From NCBI GenBank assembly GCA_051362555.1, contig CM120640.1:41270788-41334787 (forward strand): a stretch of 64,000 nt of DNA. The letters are read 5' to 3'. Origin of the DNA: Lingula anatina. Its lineage: Eukaryota > Animalia > Brachiopoda. Below are positions 51,701 through 60,017 of the stretch, piece after piece (the stretch's first letter is position 1; the number at the start of each line of letters is the position of its first letter). The position numbers and the translations under genes were made by a program. A model generated the notes under the pieces. The model searched no databases. It was not told the origin of the DNA and saw nothing but the letters and a program-made list of their open reading frames with translations.

Positions 51701-54700
51701 TTATTTTATATTTGTCATATATTTATTGTTTTCAAGCCTGGGTTTCTCTTGTATTCAACCTTATTGTTATAGAAATAAGCAGAGTGGTAATTAACTTTTG
51801 GTAAATTATATATATTTATATATAAGATATCAGTATATCTGCAGTTAGCACTTTTTTTCACGATTGCATGATAATGCTCTGCCTTGGTTTGAGGTGCATT
51901 GTAAATGACATGATTACATTTGACAGCTTTATTTTTTTGCATTATCAAAGTAGTTGGATACATTTTGTCATGTTCTTAACAAAGTGTGTCAACTTTTGTC
52001 TGTCCTTTTCAAGCGTTATCATGTTGATGAGGAGTTGCACCCCAGATTTGTGGTCCCCCTGCAGGTATATGCTTCTCCTTACAGCTTATTGTTATGGAGC
52101 CATTACTTTATCATAGTCTCATCACTAGACTAGAAGCTTGTCACCAACCACTTTAAAACAGAATTATCAAAAAAATGTGGAAAATTAAGATAAATAATAT
52201 TATGGTACTTCGAGCAAAAACTTTTTAGGTCATTGAAGTGCAGATTGTGTTATTTGGCTGTATAATTGCAAGTGCTATGCTGAACAAACCAAGTTTTAAG
52301 TCTTAAACTAATTCATAGAATAGTCCCAGTGCTTAAGGTTCTGTTTTTGTCAATACATTATAAGGTATCAATATCAGTAATGATGTGTGTTAGGGTTTCC
52401 CTACTACTTTTGAAAGACCAGCTCTCTTCCTTATGTTCATATATTACTCTATTGCTGATACTGATATTTTGTTTTCTTAAAAGCATATCTGAAATACATA
52501 TAGTAAGGTGCACTGTATATTGAAGTATGATAGCAGGGATGGCCCTTTAGTTGTGCGTGCATGCATTGCTCACATATTATTCATCATTTTGTCAAACATG
52601 AAAATGCATTTTCAGCAGCAATTTAGCCACAAACAGATTAGCATTTTCAGGAGCTTTGACAAATTCATCTGACAAGACCACTTCTGATTAGCCGTTATCT
52701 CTTCTGCTTTCAGTTGAAGAGCCCCATGCAGATCATGCTGGCCATAGACGCTGACCAGCGGTCAGAACTGGAGGCCATGATCAAAGATCTGGAGGAGGAA
52801 AACAAGTAAGTGATCTATCTGGCATGATGGGTGACTGAGTGCACTCTTTTTGGCTTTTTTACTCCTTTTTCTGTTCAGCTGTTCTGATAGTAGATAGCCT
52901 TGCATTGAGTTGCTGTTCCTGTTTAAGCTGCAGAGACCTCTGGTTTGCCCCAGTTCTTGCAAGTGCTTGCCAGTGTATCAGGTTTAAGAATGGCATTAAT
53001 GAAGTTACATTTTTGTTGAGTTTGTTTTACCTCTACCAAGATACCTAGATACAGCATCATTATCTTAACCTATTTACTGCTTACAATTTTGCAGTTTTGT
53101 TCATTTTAAGATAACATTACATCATAAACTGAAGGTTTATAAGCCAAAGCAGTATTCAAATTTTTAGCAGTATAAACTCAAGATATGTGTGCAGTACAGC
53201 TCGCTGAAAAGAAATGATCATACTGAAACAAAAACTGCCTTGCATTTGTTTGTGTAGAAATCTCCAAGAAGAGTATGACCGTCTGCGCCAGGCTCACGAT
53301 GACCATGAAGAACAAAGCCATCGACCGCATGGTGATGACGAGGAGTTCTCTAGTAGCAGAGATGCAGAAATGATTGCTGAAGCCAAGCTGCTGCGTCAAC
53401 ACAAGGGACGCCTGGAAGCAAGAATGCAAATTTTGGAGGATCATAACAGACAGCTAGAAGCTCAGCTGCAACGTCTGAGGCAACTTCTAGATCAGGTACT
53501 TACACCATGCAGGCTGTAGCATAATGTGAATAACTGATCTACTGGGAATGGAATTGTTGATCAAGAATGTGGGTCAGGCAACTGAAATAAAACTTCAAAA
53601 ATATCATCAACTGTCCTATCTACTAATTATTTTGCAATGGTTTTATTTTGCATTTTTAATTTTGGTTGCAAATCATGATTTTGAATGTACTGTTATTTGC
53701 ATGAGCTGTTATTAACCATTTGTATTATATAAGAACTTGTAGACACACAGTGTGTTCCATAGTCATAAACAGCAGGGGCGGATTTAGGCCGTCTTCTGGG
53801 TCTTCTTGAAGACGGTCAGATTTTCAAGTTTACATTGACGGGTGTCTAATTTTTTCTGTCGGAAGACGGTCAAAAATGGAGGACGAATCAACAAAGGTAA
53901 TTTGGAAGACTGTCGGAAAATTTCTCTGGATCCGCCCCTGAACAGCATGCTTAGCCATCTAGCCCTTTAAATTAGGGGCCAGAAAATTGTGTGGAAGTCC
54001 ATATTAGCAGAAAGATTCTGGTGTATTTGTTAGACATTTATATATATGGGTATACAGGGTGTTTGGTAGGAGCCAGGCAAGACATTCTTCAGTTGAGAAA
54101 GAATGTAATTTTTGGAACATTTTGATTGAACAAAACTGCTGCAAACTATGAAATGGGAGGAAACAACAAAAACTTTTTTATGTCAGTGCTATAATAGTTG
54201 AACTGAAAAAACTTAGTCTTTCTTCAACATCTGTTGTATCTGTATTGTTTCTTAAATTTGATTGTTTGCATGATAATTGCTCTGCTCATAATCTTATTAT
54301 TGAACTCAGTACGTGGAACATGGATTTAAAGCTTGTAAGTTTATGTAGCTAATTTAATTTGGATCAATACAAATGCTATAAAATGTTGAAGCAAACCAGA
54401 TGTATTGCATGCAACGTTCAGCACAGTTCTTAAATGGTAATAGGATTCTTTAGTCTCAAGTGAGTAGCATACAAGTAGATGCTTCTTTTGCAATACATCT
54501 AGATAAAGATTTTCTTCATATCCAAATTTAAAGACAGTTTGATATGATCTAAGATGATTTGATATGATCTTATATTTTCAGCCCTCCGACGAGCCCTCCA
54601 TAAGTTACGTCAGCCACCAGCGTTCCGCCAGCCAAGCATCCACAGTCTCCCAAAGTTCGTACCAAGGTGACCCGTCACTCAGACTCCAGTTTTCTCCACA

Positions 54701-55907
54701 AGCACGCTCTACACCACAAATGAATGGACACAGTGCTAATGGTAATGACAGACAATTGTATCTTGTTTTCTGTCTGTTTTATTGATTTTACTCTTCATTT
54801 TAGTGATCCCATTATGTTAGATATGAAGCTTATTGGGGAAAAAGTGCCTTTTTGCCATACACAGTTCTTAATCACAAAAAAAAAAAAAGACTCCGAGTGC
54901 AATTACAGAGTTGTGTCTTTTCTAATAGTTCCTTTGATACCTCAGTGATACAACTTCCATGGGAGATATTCCATGAGTGACAATCCATTTTAAATGACAC
55001 ATTTCAAAATAGCTGGCAAATGTGATTAAAAAGCTGATCAGTAGAATACATTCAAGAAGCCAAAAGATCACAAGCCTGGCAACTGAGAAATCGATGCGGT
55101 TCAATTGGACTGTGTTTCTCTGGCAGCCTGTGGCTTGTAGATCAATAGTTCTGTGCTAGGAATCAGTGAGTCAAGTAGGCAGCGCCATATGCTGCAGTTG
55201 CTGGTTAGGATTACATGCTTCTGTCTCCTCTGCTGCCACGCTGAGCTGAAAGGTTTGATTCTGTAGCATTGTATCATAATGCTTAGTGGTAGACATGTAG
55301 TTCCAAATTAGGTTTTGAAAGAAATTTTATCATGCTTTTATAAAGAATAAGTCAACATTGTATATTTATTTCCAGGTTTTTCGCCCAGTCCAAGAATGGA
55401 AGATTCTAGGAAAAAGTCCAGCTCAGTTCAAGAAAGTGAATTAGATGAAATTATGAGAGAAATTAATGAATCTTTCCCACCTCCAGAAAAGAGCAAAGGT
55501 TAGTTAAGTTGTTGCATTACCAAGAAGTATAGTTATAGAATAAAGATGTCAATTAATTCAGAATGAATTAACTATAGCATAAAGTTAAAAAAAATGTTTC
55601 TTACATGTAGAATTATTGATATGCCAAGTATATTTTAAAAGAAAGGATTAACAAGTATGATATCAAATACATCTCAAGGAATAAATCGCTCAAATATGTT
55701 TGAGATGAAAAAGTATATGATGTATTAAAAGATTATTTTGCTATTTTAGCCACTAAGAATGTTGGTGAGTTGTTCCACATGGCAGGGCAGGTGGGACGGG
55801 CAGTCGGTACACTGGTCACAGTGATGACAGATGATGAGAGGAGCGGCAGTGAGGAAGAGAGAGAAAGTCCAGCCTATCCTGGTCCTCCTGGTGACAGAAG
55901 ACATTGA
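626..55907 (+). CDS. DMD: Dystrophin (DMD/utrophin-family) gene, 3' portion; 42 chained coding exons, 5' part lies upstream of the window
   Basis: Exons with AG/GT boundaries join in frame. Diagnostic peptides: [45 protein letters not shown] (WW), [56 protein letters not shown] finger, [43 protein letters not shown]. Confidence 0.98.
1053..1220 (+). CDS. DMD: dystrophin exon (ex34-equivalent)
   Basis: tttcag|GTAACA...ATGGAG|gtgagt; 168 nt; [22 protein letters not shown]... Confidence 0.93.
1535..1717 (+). CDS. DMD: dystrophin exon (ex35-equivalent)
   Basis: tttcag|ACCACC...CTGCAG|gtaaaa; 183 nt; [10 protein letters not shown]...[10 protein letters not shown]. Confidence 0.92.
1996..2151 (+). 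CDS. DMD: dystrophin exon (ex36-equivalent)
   Basis: tttag|GAACAA...CTCAAG|gtaagc; 156 nt; [24 protein letters not shown]. Confidence 0.92.
2395..2553 (+). CDS. DMD: dystrophin exon (ex37-equivalent)
   Basis: ttgcag|TCCTTA...ATCAAG|gtaagc; 159 nt; [20 protein letters not shown]...[13 protein letters not shown]. Confidence 0.93.
2820..2957 (+). CDS. DMD: dystrophin rod exon (not in the ORF track)
   Basis: ctgcag|TTAAAG...TTACAG|gtaatg; 138 nt, phase 0-0; [35 protein letters not shown]. Confidence 0.88.
4362..4733 (+). CDS. DMD: dystrophin rod exon (about ex41/42-equivalent) with Thr/Ser-rich linker
   Basis: tatcag|GCTGTG...TTAAAG|gtaaac; 372 nt; KLNKRWVEI...[22 protein letters not shown]. 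Confidence 0.9.
4838..4897. repeat. 29-bp tandem duplication
   Basis: catt(c/t)cttaaatgttgtagaaaataatta x2. Confidence 0.88.
6807..6979 (+). CDS. DMD: dystrophin exon (ex43-equivalent)
   Basis: ttccag|GCAGTG...TACGG|gtaaga; 173 nt; [17 protein letters not shown]. Confidence 0.92.
9080..9230 (+). CDS. DMD: dystrophin exon (ex44-equivalent)
   Basis: atccag|TCACTG...CAGAAG|gtatgt; 151 nt; [21 protein letters not shown]. Confidence 0.93.
10084..10335. mobile_element. foldback/MITE-like element with ~100-bp imperfect inverted arms
   Basis: agaatagatgatccgagtactaactgatc...ccctgcctcca (10084-10186) is the reverse complement of tggaggcaggg...gatcagttagtcctcggatcatctattct (10233-10335). Confidence 0.8.
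12786..12961 (+). CDS. DMD: dystrophin exon (ex45-equivalent), ends at a GC donor
   Basis: tgtag|GAGTTA...GACAG|gcaagt; 176 nt, and the phase-2 end is required by the next exon; [13 protein letters not shown]. Confidence 0.9.
14576..14723 (+). CDS. DMD: dystrophin exon (ex46-equivalent)
   Basis: tgtag|GTTTGA...GTCAAG|gtaata; 148 nt; [16 protein letters not shown]. Confidence 0.93.
16012..16161 (+). CDS. DMD: dystrophin exon (ex47-equivalent)
   Basis: tttcag|GATCGT...GACAAG|gtgagc; 150 nt; [19 protein letters not shown]...LTARWDK. Confidence 0.92.
16797..16985 (+). CDS. DMD: dystrophin exon (ex48-equivalent)
   Basis: ctgcag|GTGACC...CCACAG|gtaaga; 189 nt; [16 protein letters not shown]. Confidence 0.92.
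17378..17591 (+). CDS. DMD: dystrophin exon (fused ex49+50-equivalent)
   Basis: tttcag|ACAATG...AATAG|gtaaga; 214 nt; [15 protein letters not shown]. Confidence 0.9.
18722..18885 (+). CDS. DMD: dystrophin exon (ex51-equivalent)
   Basis: ttccag|AGAAAG...CAGAAG|gtaagg; 164 nt; [40 protein letters not shown]. Confidence 0.93.
19839..19949 (+). CDS. putative in-frame cassette exon in intron 51
   Basis: tttaatttttttcaacag|AGAGCA...CTGAAG|gtgtgt; 111 nt, phase 0-0, open; [37 protein letters not shown]. Confidence 0.5.
21385..21447. repeat. perfect 31-bp tandem duplication
   Basis: ttacaaagattctattggtctgtttctgtca x2. Confidence 0.9.
21735..21852 (+). CDS. DMD: dystrophin exon (ex52-equivalent)
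   Basis: tttcag|ACGATT...AAAAG|gtgaga; 118 nt; [24 protein letters not shown]. Confidence 0.93.
22992..23073 (+). CDS. putative internal first coding exon in intron 52
   Basis: atcATGG context; [27 protein letters not shown]; CAG|gtaatg donor in phase 1, matching the next exon. Confidence 0.45.
23322..23536 (+). CDS. DMD: dystrophin exon (ex53-equivalent)
   Basis: ttttag|TTGAAC...CATAAG|gtaagg; 215 nt; [25 protein letters not shown]. Confidence 0.93.
26555..26800. repeat. degenerate short tandem repeat
   Basis: Recurring tcagag..gttaccat / tcagatgtgtaaccatcat motifs. Confidence 0.5.
28453..28607 (+). CDS. DMD: dystrophin exon (ex54-equivalent)
   Basis: ttttag|GCAGTA...TCAAG|gtgagt; 155 nt; [28 protein letters not shown]. 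Confidence 0.93.
30500..30689 (+). CDS. DMD: dystrophin exon (ex55-equivalent)
   Basis: ttctag|GCTGGA...TACCAG|gtatgc; 190 nt; [16 protein letters not shown]. Confidence 0.92.
31896..38501 (+). CDS. putative alternative N-terminus (Dp116-like isoform): exons 31896/31923-31936, 35322-35362, 38449-38501
   Basis: Three small exons in intron 55 with plausible splice sites whose phases (2,1,0) chain into the ex56-equivalent without stops. Confidence 0.5.
36711..36830. repeat. ~56-bp poly-G-containing tandem duplication
   Basis: aatgaagga..ataattttgtttgggtgga(G)n..gttggaat x2. Confidence 0.75.
42045..42214 (+). CDS. DMD: dystrophin exon (ex56-equivalent)
   Basis: ttccag|GACCTC...ATCAG|gtgaga; 170 nt; [10 protein letters not shown]...[12 protein letters not shown]. 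Confidence 0.95.
42433..42589 (+). CDS. DMD: dystrophin exon (ex57-equivalent)
   Basis: ttgaag|GTCTCG...CAGCAG|gtgagt; 157 nt; [12 protein letters not shown]...QQPIGGDV. Confidence 0.92.
43179..43311 (+). CDS. DMD: dystrophin exon (ex58-equivalent)
   Basis: ttttag|GAGTTA...CTCAG|gtgtgt; 133 nt; [24 protein letters not shown]. Confidence 0.9.
43479..43624 (+). CDS. DMD: dystrophin exon (5' part of ex59-equivalent)
   Basis: ttctag|AAGATG...TTAGAG|gtaagt; 146 nt; [22 protein letters not shown]. Confidence 0.92.
43772..43906 (+). CDS. DMD: dystrophin exon (3' part of ex59-equivalent)
   Basis: acccag|CGTATG...ATAAAG|gtacta; 135 nt; [13 protein letters not shown]. Confidence 0.93.
44120..44250 (+). 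CDS. DMD: dystrophin exon (ex60-equivalent)
   Basis: catcag|GCTTTT...GCAAG|gtaaaa; 131 nt; YVNDLANQF...KLEDLNAR. Confidence 0.93.
44639..44733 (+). CDS. DMD: dystrophin exon (ex61-equivalent, hinge 4)
   Basis: ttacag|GTGGAA...CTCAG|gtataa; 95 nt; WKALQ...[17 protein letters not shown]. Confidence 0.94.
45034..45094 (+). CDS. DMD: dystrophin exon (ex62-equivalent), WW domain N-half
   Basis: ttccag|CATCTG...ATCAA|gtaagt; 61 nt; [20 protein letters not shown]. Confidence 0.95.
45325..45461 (+). CDS. DMD: dystrophin exon (fused ex63+64-equivalent), WW C-half / EF-hand start
   Basis: atccag|TCATAC...TGTC|gtaagt; 137 nt; [11 protein letters not shown]...[23 protein letters not shown]. Confidence 0.95.
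45842..46046 (+). CDS. DMD: dystrophin exon (ex65-equivalent), EF-hand region
   Basis: ttgcag|TTGACC...GACAT|gtaagt; 205 nt; [20 protein letters not shown]. Confidence 0.96.
46251..46336 (+). CDS. DMD: dystrophin exon (ex66-equivalent)
   Basis: tttcag|AGCCCG...AGAT|gtgagt; 86 nt; [27 protein letters not shown]. Confidence 0.96.
46554..46711 (+). CDS. DMD: dystrophin exon (ex67-equivalent)
   Basis: tttcag|ACATCT...GAGAAG|gtaaaa; 158 nt; [34 protein letters not shown]. Confidence 0.96.
46901..47067 (+). CDS. DMD: dystrophin exon (ex68-equivalent), ZZ domain start
   Basis: ctgtag|TCTAAT...TTAAG|gtaaga; 167 nt; [37 protein letters not shown]. Confidence 0.96.
47325..47436 (+). CDS. DMD: dystrophin exon (ex69-equivalent), ZZ zinc finger
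   Basis: ttttag|ATACCG...ACAGCA|gtaagt; 112 nt; [36 protein letters not shown]. Confidence 0.96.
48875..49011 (+). CDS. DMD: dystrophin exon (ex70-equivalent)
   Basis: ttgcag|ACAACA...GAGAG|gtaagt; 137 nt; [17 protein letters not shown]...[19 protein letters not shown]. Confidence 0.96.
50163..50231 (+). CDS. DMD: dystrophin exon 72a (syntrophin-binding site 1, copy A)
   Basis: ttacag|CCCGTC...AGCAG|gtaagc; 69 nt, phase 2-2; [24 protein letters not shown]. Confidence 0.9.
50612..50683 (+). CDS. DMD: dystrophin exon 72b (duplicated alternative exon, syntrophin-binding site 1, copy B)
   Basis: tttcag|TCCCTC...AGCAG|gtaaac; 72 nt, phase 2-2; [25 protein letters not shown], paralogous to 72a. 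Confidence 0.82.
50973..51017 (+). CDS. DMD: dystrophin exon (ex73-equivalent)
   Basis: ttttag|ACTGGC...GAATC|gtaagt; 45 nt; [15 protein letters not shown]. Confidence 0.9.
51140..51206 (+). CDS. DMD: dystrophin exon (5' part of ex74-equivalent), syntrophin-binding site 2
   Basis: ttgcag|GGAAGA...CACACA|gtaagt; 67 nt; [15 protein letters not shown]. Confidence 0.93.
52014..52064 (+). CDS. putative in-frame cassette exon between SBS2 and the coiled coil
   Basis: cttttgtctgtccttttcaag|CGTTAT...CTGCAG|gtatat; 51 nt, phase 0-0; [17 protein letters not shown]. Confidence 0.5.
52714..52805 (+). CDS. DMD: dystrophin exon (3' part of ex74-equivalent), coiled coil H1
   Basis: tttcag|TTGAAG...AACAA|gtaagt; 92 nt; [30 protein letters not shown]. 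Confidence 0.94.
53258..53495 (+). CDS. DMD: dystrophin exon (ex75-equivalent), coiled coils
   Basis: gtgtag|AAATCT...GATCAG|gtactt; 238 nt; [44 protein letters not shown]. Confidence 0.96.
53773..53940. mobile_element. 168-bp MITE with CAGGGGCGGAT termini and 5-bp TSD (AACAG)
   Basis: aacag|caggggcggat...atccgcccctg|aacag; CpG-rich relative to the host intron. Confidence 0.85.
54582..54741 (+). CDS. DMD: dystrophin exon (ex76-equivalent), Ser/Gln-rich tail
   Basis: tttcag|CCCTCC...AATG|gtaatg; 160 nt; phase 0-1 fits both neighbours. Confidence 0.82.
55376..55498 (+). CDS. DMD: dystrophin exon (ex77-equivalent)
   Basis: ttccag|GTTTTT...CAAAG|gttagt; 123 nt; [15 protein letters not shown] (cf. 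human LEEVMEQLNNSFP). Confidence 0.88.
55750..55907 (+). CDS. DMD: dystrophin terminal coding exon (ex79-equivalent) with TGA stop
   Basis: ttttag|CCACTA...CATTGA; [50 protein letters not shown]. Confidence 0.92.
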
Positions 55908-57375
55908 CTGCCTGTACTGTGATCACACACACATAAACACTCACACACACCAGCTTTTGGGCCAGAGATTAGACACTAGATGGAGCCTCCAGTCCCAACT
56001 CGAGGATGAATAGGGAGGGGTGGGATTAATCAAGATCATAGATCTGTCATTGATGATATTTTTGGAGAGGGAAGCTTCAAGTGGACTTTTAAGTCTGGCT
56101 AACAATAATGTGCAAAGTGGCCAAATGTGTTCCACATGCAGTCCTAGACTGAAGAAAGTTTGCATAATGCAGACAGGACAGCTGTATGTATTTATAGCAG
56201 GCATGGAAGAATTTTGTATGGACTGTGTGTGTCATTCTTTTCTCATTTTCCTGGAATTTAGTTGCTCTGGTAGACCAACAACTTTTTTTATCATAGAGTC
56301 TTATCATGGATGTGGATAGGTTCTTTCATCCTTTTTATGAACTTCGGGAGTCTGTGGTGACTTGCTACTCAAAAAGTTTGCATTTGCCTAATCATTTATG
56401 TTTTTATGTACTGTTTTTATGTAAGTCTGTGCAACTGTGTCACAATTACTGACTTATTGCTTGGATGTTGTCCGTGTGACTGGAAGCTGAAAGAACTTCA
56501 GGACTTCCCTTTCACTAGAAGTATGCTGTTATATTGTATGTTAAGTGTAAAATGAGATACAATGTATGTATCCCATGTCCAGGGCATACATTGCAACAGA
56601 CAGACAGCAGTGAGAAACATACGATATTTAGTCTGTATCATAGTATGGTCAGATAATGCTGACACCTATTGGTCAGTATATTTTGTGTACTTTTTGTTTC
56701 TACCATTTTTTTTCCTAATAAGTGAAGTTTTACTTAGGATTATTCTTCTCTAAGCAGCTGTATTTTTTGTAGTCTGTGTTATACCTCATACACATCAGAA
56801 GTCAGAACTTCATTTACTTTCCTCAAAGAGGCCAAATATACATGTACGTAGACTAGATTGAATGAAAGATAATTAAATTAATTATTATTTTTAGATTTCA
56901 ACATAAATTATTTAATTGATCCACAGGACGGCAAACAGTCGTGAGACAGTAGATTTTCATATTTATCCATATGTAAAATGAATATTCTTATGTAGCATAC
57001 GTCTTTTAGTATGCATGTATGATCGGAGGGATGGAAGGTTTGTCGCTGTATTTTCTTCAGCAGCCAGGATGTAACTGGTTTCATCATGTATATAATCAAA
57101 TGAACAAGAAATAAGAAATCACTGAGTCATTTCCAACCTTAATGTTAATCTCTCAATCTTGTTGAAGCCAAATTATAGACAAATATGAAATACAGACCGA
57201 CTTCTGATTGAGAACAGTGAAGCTAGGTAATGATTAGGTTGAAACCAGCAATAAGTTGAGATTACATAATTAAATGGCAAGATACAAGAGGCAAGGTTTC
57301 CTGATGATTGGTGGTATTTTTATTAACATTTTGTAAACATTTACATGAAGTACATGTATCATAGTGTAAATCTTC

Positions 57376-57381
57376 AATAAA
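57376..57381 (+). promoter_or_regulatory. candidate polyadenylation signal of the dystrophin gene (3' UTR ~1.5 kb)
   Basis: First AATAAA I noticed after the stop codon, followed by CA dinucleotides and a T-rich stretch. Confidence 0.5.
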
Positions 57382-58927
57382 GGAATTTTTCATCATACAA
57401 ATGGCATTTTTCCACTTTTCCAGGTGTGGCATCTGAATATACTAATCTTGTTAAGTGAAAAAGAATTTGCTTTTAACATGCAAAACAAAGTAAAAAAATG
57501 GATGTTTGATTACCAGATAAGTTTCATTTGAAAAATCTAATAGAACTGATGGCGGTGTAACATGCCAGAGAACCCCCTATGACAGAGAGTCTGCTTCCCA
57601 TTCATTTGTACAGGTAAGACTCGCCCTAGATTTGGACCCACTTAGCCAAATGCTAACCATTATAAGTAAACGGAGGGGGGGGCTTTTGTTACACGGACCC
57701 TCAGTTACGTTACACCGGCACACTTTGTTTTATTATGACCAGGCACTGTACACGTGCACATGGAGACATCACCTGCATCTGTTGTCACCGTGCAATCTGG
57801 CAATAGCACTTGACTCTTGTAAACCCATTAAAAAGAAAACCTGTTACTTATTTTTCTCAAGGTTATTCTTACCACTTAAATACAACTATGTTTGAATATT
57901 GAATGTTCCACAATACCGTACTGAAATTGTACAATATGTATTTAAATTTCTAGAGTGAACCGCCCTTCTAAATTCTCCTCGAGCTCTGCTGTCTTCTGTT
58001 AAACTTTTAATGCTTGTCAGTTATGTCATTCATATGTCCGTCAATTTGATGTTTTTTTCACGTGAAAGTGTTCCTGCGAATATTCAGAAAATGTAACTAC
58101 AGCAAAATTGTAGCCCAGTGCTTCAGACCTATGGGATTTCAAAGTCTTACCTGGAAAATAACTATTTGCGAAAAAAATATACTGAGACAAGGTGCGGTGC
58201 ACGCCATTGTAATTGCTGGGCGACAGCGTCGGTGCCTTAGTTTTTTGCCTCAGTTTTCGGTACTTGGTACATGTACTTGCTGTCGCATGAAAAGCCGAAA
58301 ACAGGCCACTATCGACGCAATTTGTTGATGATATTTCTGTCCATAAAAACAGCAATTTTCTGAACATGCTGTACAACAGTATTTCTACAATGGTTGTCCA
58401 AAAAATCTGTGTAAATGTGGAAGTAGCAAGATACTGTATATACCCTTACTCATTATGAACCTAACCGAAACATTAGAATGACAATAGACAGGCGAGTGAA
58501 GTATACCTGTCTAAACCAATAACCTTCCGAAGGTGTTGAGTGGACCAAGGATTCCGAAGAATCTATTTTTTTGAGTGGGCATACATGTAATATTATGTTT
58601 CGGCGCATTCTGCAATGGGGATTTTAAAACACTTATGAACAATTGAGTCAATATTCTGCATCAGTCAAGTTGTCAAAATTTTGATTTTGTAAATTAATCT
58701 GTCAACAGCCTTTCTTGTGAGAATGATGTCAACGACAACTCCCATACCGGTCGTAATTTGCATAACAATAATTCGCTCATCACAGTGCGAACTATCGTCT
58801 TGCCTGGTCACTTGACAGCTAGACCCTGTAAGAGAAGGACGCAGGATAGGTGTGGTGAAATCGCAGAGCCGAAAGATTCATTCAGTTGAAGCAAAGATAT
58901 CATGTGAGTAACTTTTCGTCCACAAGG

Positions 58928-59042
58928 TACGGAAGCCGACTGGTGCCATATGTTGAAAAAAAATTTTTTATCTCAAAATCCTATCTCGAAATTTCGAGAT
59001 AAAAAAAATTTTTTCAACATATGGCACCAGTCGGCTTCCGTA
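58928..59042. mobile_element. palindromic MITE, TA-flanked
   Basis: ta|cggaagccgactggtgccatatgttgaaaaaa...ttttttcaacatatggcaccagtcggcttccg|ta; near-perfect long inverted repeat. Confidence 0.85.
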
Positions 59043-59971
59043 CACAAGCGTATAAGAGTGAAAATATGTTGTGTCTTATCAGGGAATTATTCCCTGGTCT
59101 TATGTACATAATTCGATAGTGTGGTACATGTATGTACGGCTAACGTAAGTACAAACTTATATTGTTCTGTTGTGATTTGAGTTACATGTAGCTTGACACA
59201 TTATGTTCGTCAGAAACTTTCTGATTCAAAATTTTGTAAAATGTTATTTGCACCAAGGTTGTAACTTGCGACTTTTCATATATTTTTTAAGGGTTTAAAT
59301 TACCAGGTAATAGTTTCCTTATAACTTCATACGTAATTATAAACTAACGATTTGCTGAAGTGGGTCACTGTATTTTTGAAAAGTTGTATGCTGACAACTT
59401 CTAAAAATCTTGAAAAGCACGTTTCCGGTTCAGACGTGCTGTAACTTTATTTCCACGTACCCAACGTACTTATATGACTCGCCTGAACAAATGTGTATTT
59501 TGAAATAACTATTTTAGTGTTGAACTTGTTCTATCCATGTAAAACAAATCAGTTGCCTACATTCAAAATTGGTCTGTATTACATTTCATTTAGTTTTGAG
59601 AAAATAAATGTGATGTTTGCACTGAAGCATACAAGCGAAGGAGAACTTTTTATAAGTTTTCATGATGCAATTGATGCCATTGATATCCATAAAATATTTC
59701 AGGGTTTAAAGTAACCTTATAAGTTTTACATGTAATAGAAGCAGTCTGTTTCATCATTTATCAAATTAGATATGCTGTTCAAAACGTTTACATACCATTT
59801 CCTTTTAAACTTTAATGATTTACCTTACTTGATACTGTATAAGGTTATCCTCAGTACGATTTTTCAACATTAGTACACGTCTACCAGATTCCTCAGTTTA
59901 TTTAATGTTAATTAGTACCACCAGCGTATACGCTGGCGGTACTCATGGTTTTAGTCCCGACCCGTCTCGTA

Positions 59972-60017
59972 CAGCTCCGCCGGCTCCTGCGGCTCCGCCG
60001 GCTCCTGCGGCTCCGCA
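59972..60017. repeat. 18-bp GC-rich tandem repeat (~2.5 copies)
   Basis: (gctccgccggctcctgcg)n. Confidence 0.85.

Noticed and set aside
1049-53444. Minus-strand ORFs antisense to dystrophin exons (e.g. 1049-1243, 4358-4708, 6779-7012, 15919-16179, 53178-53444)
   Set aside because: Shadow ORFs caused by the codon bias of the + strand exons.
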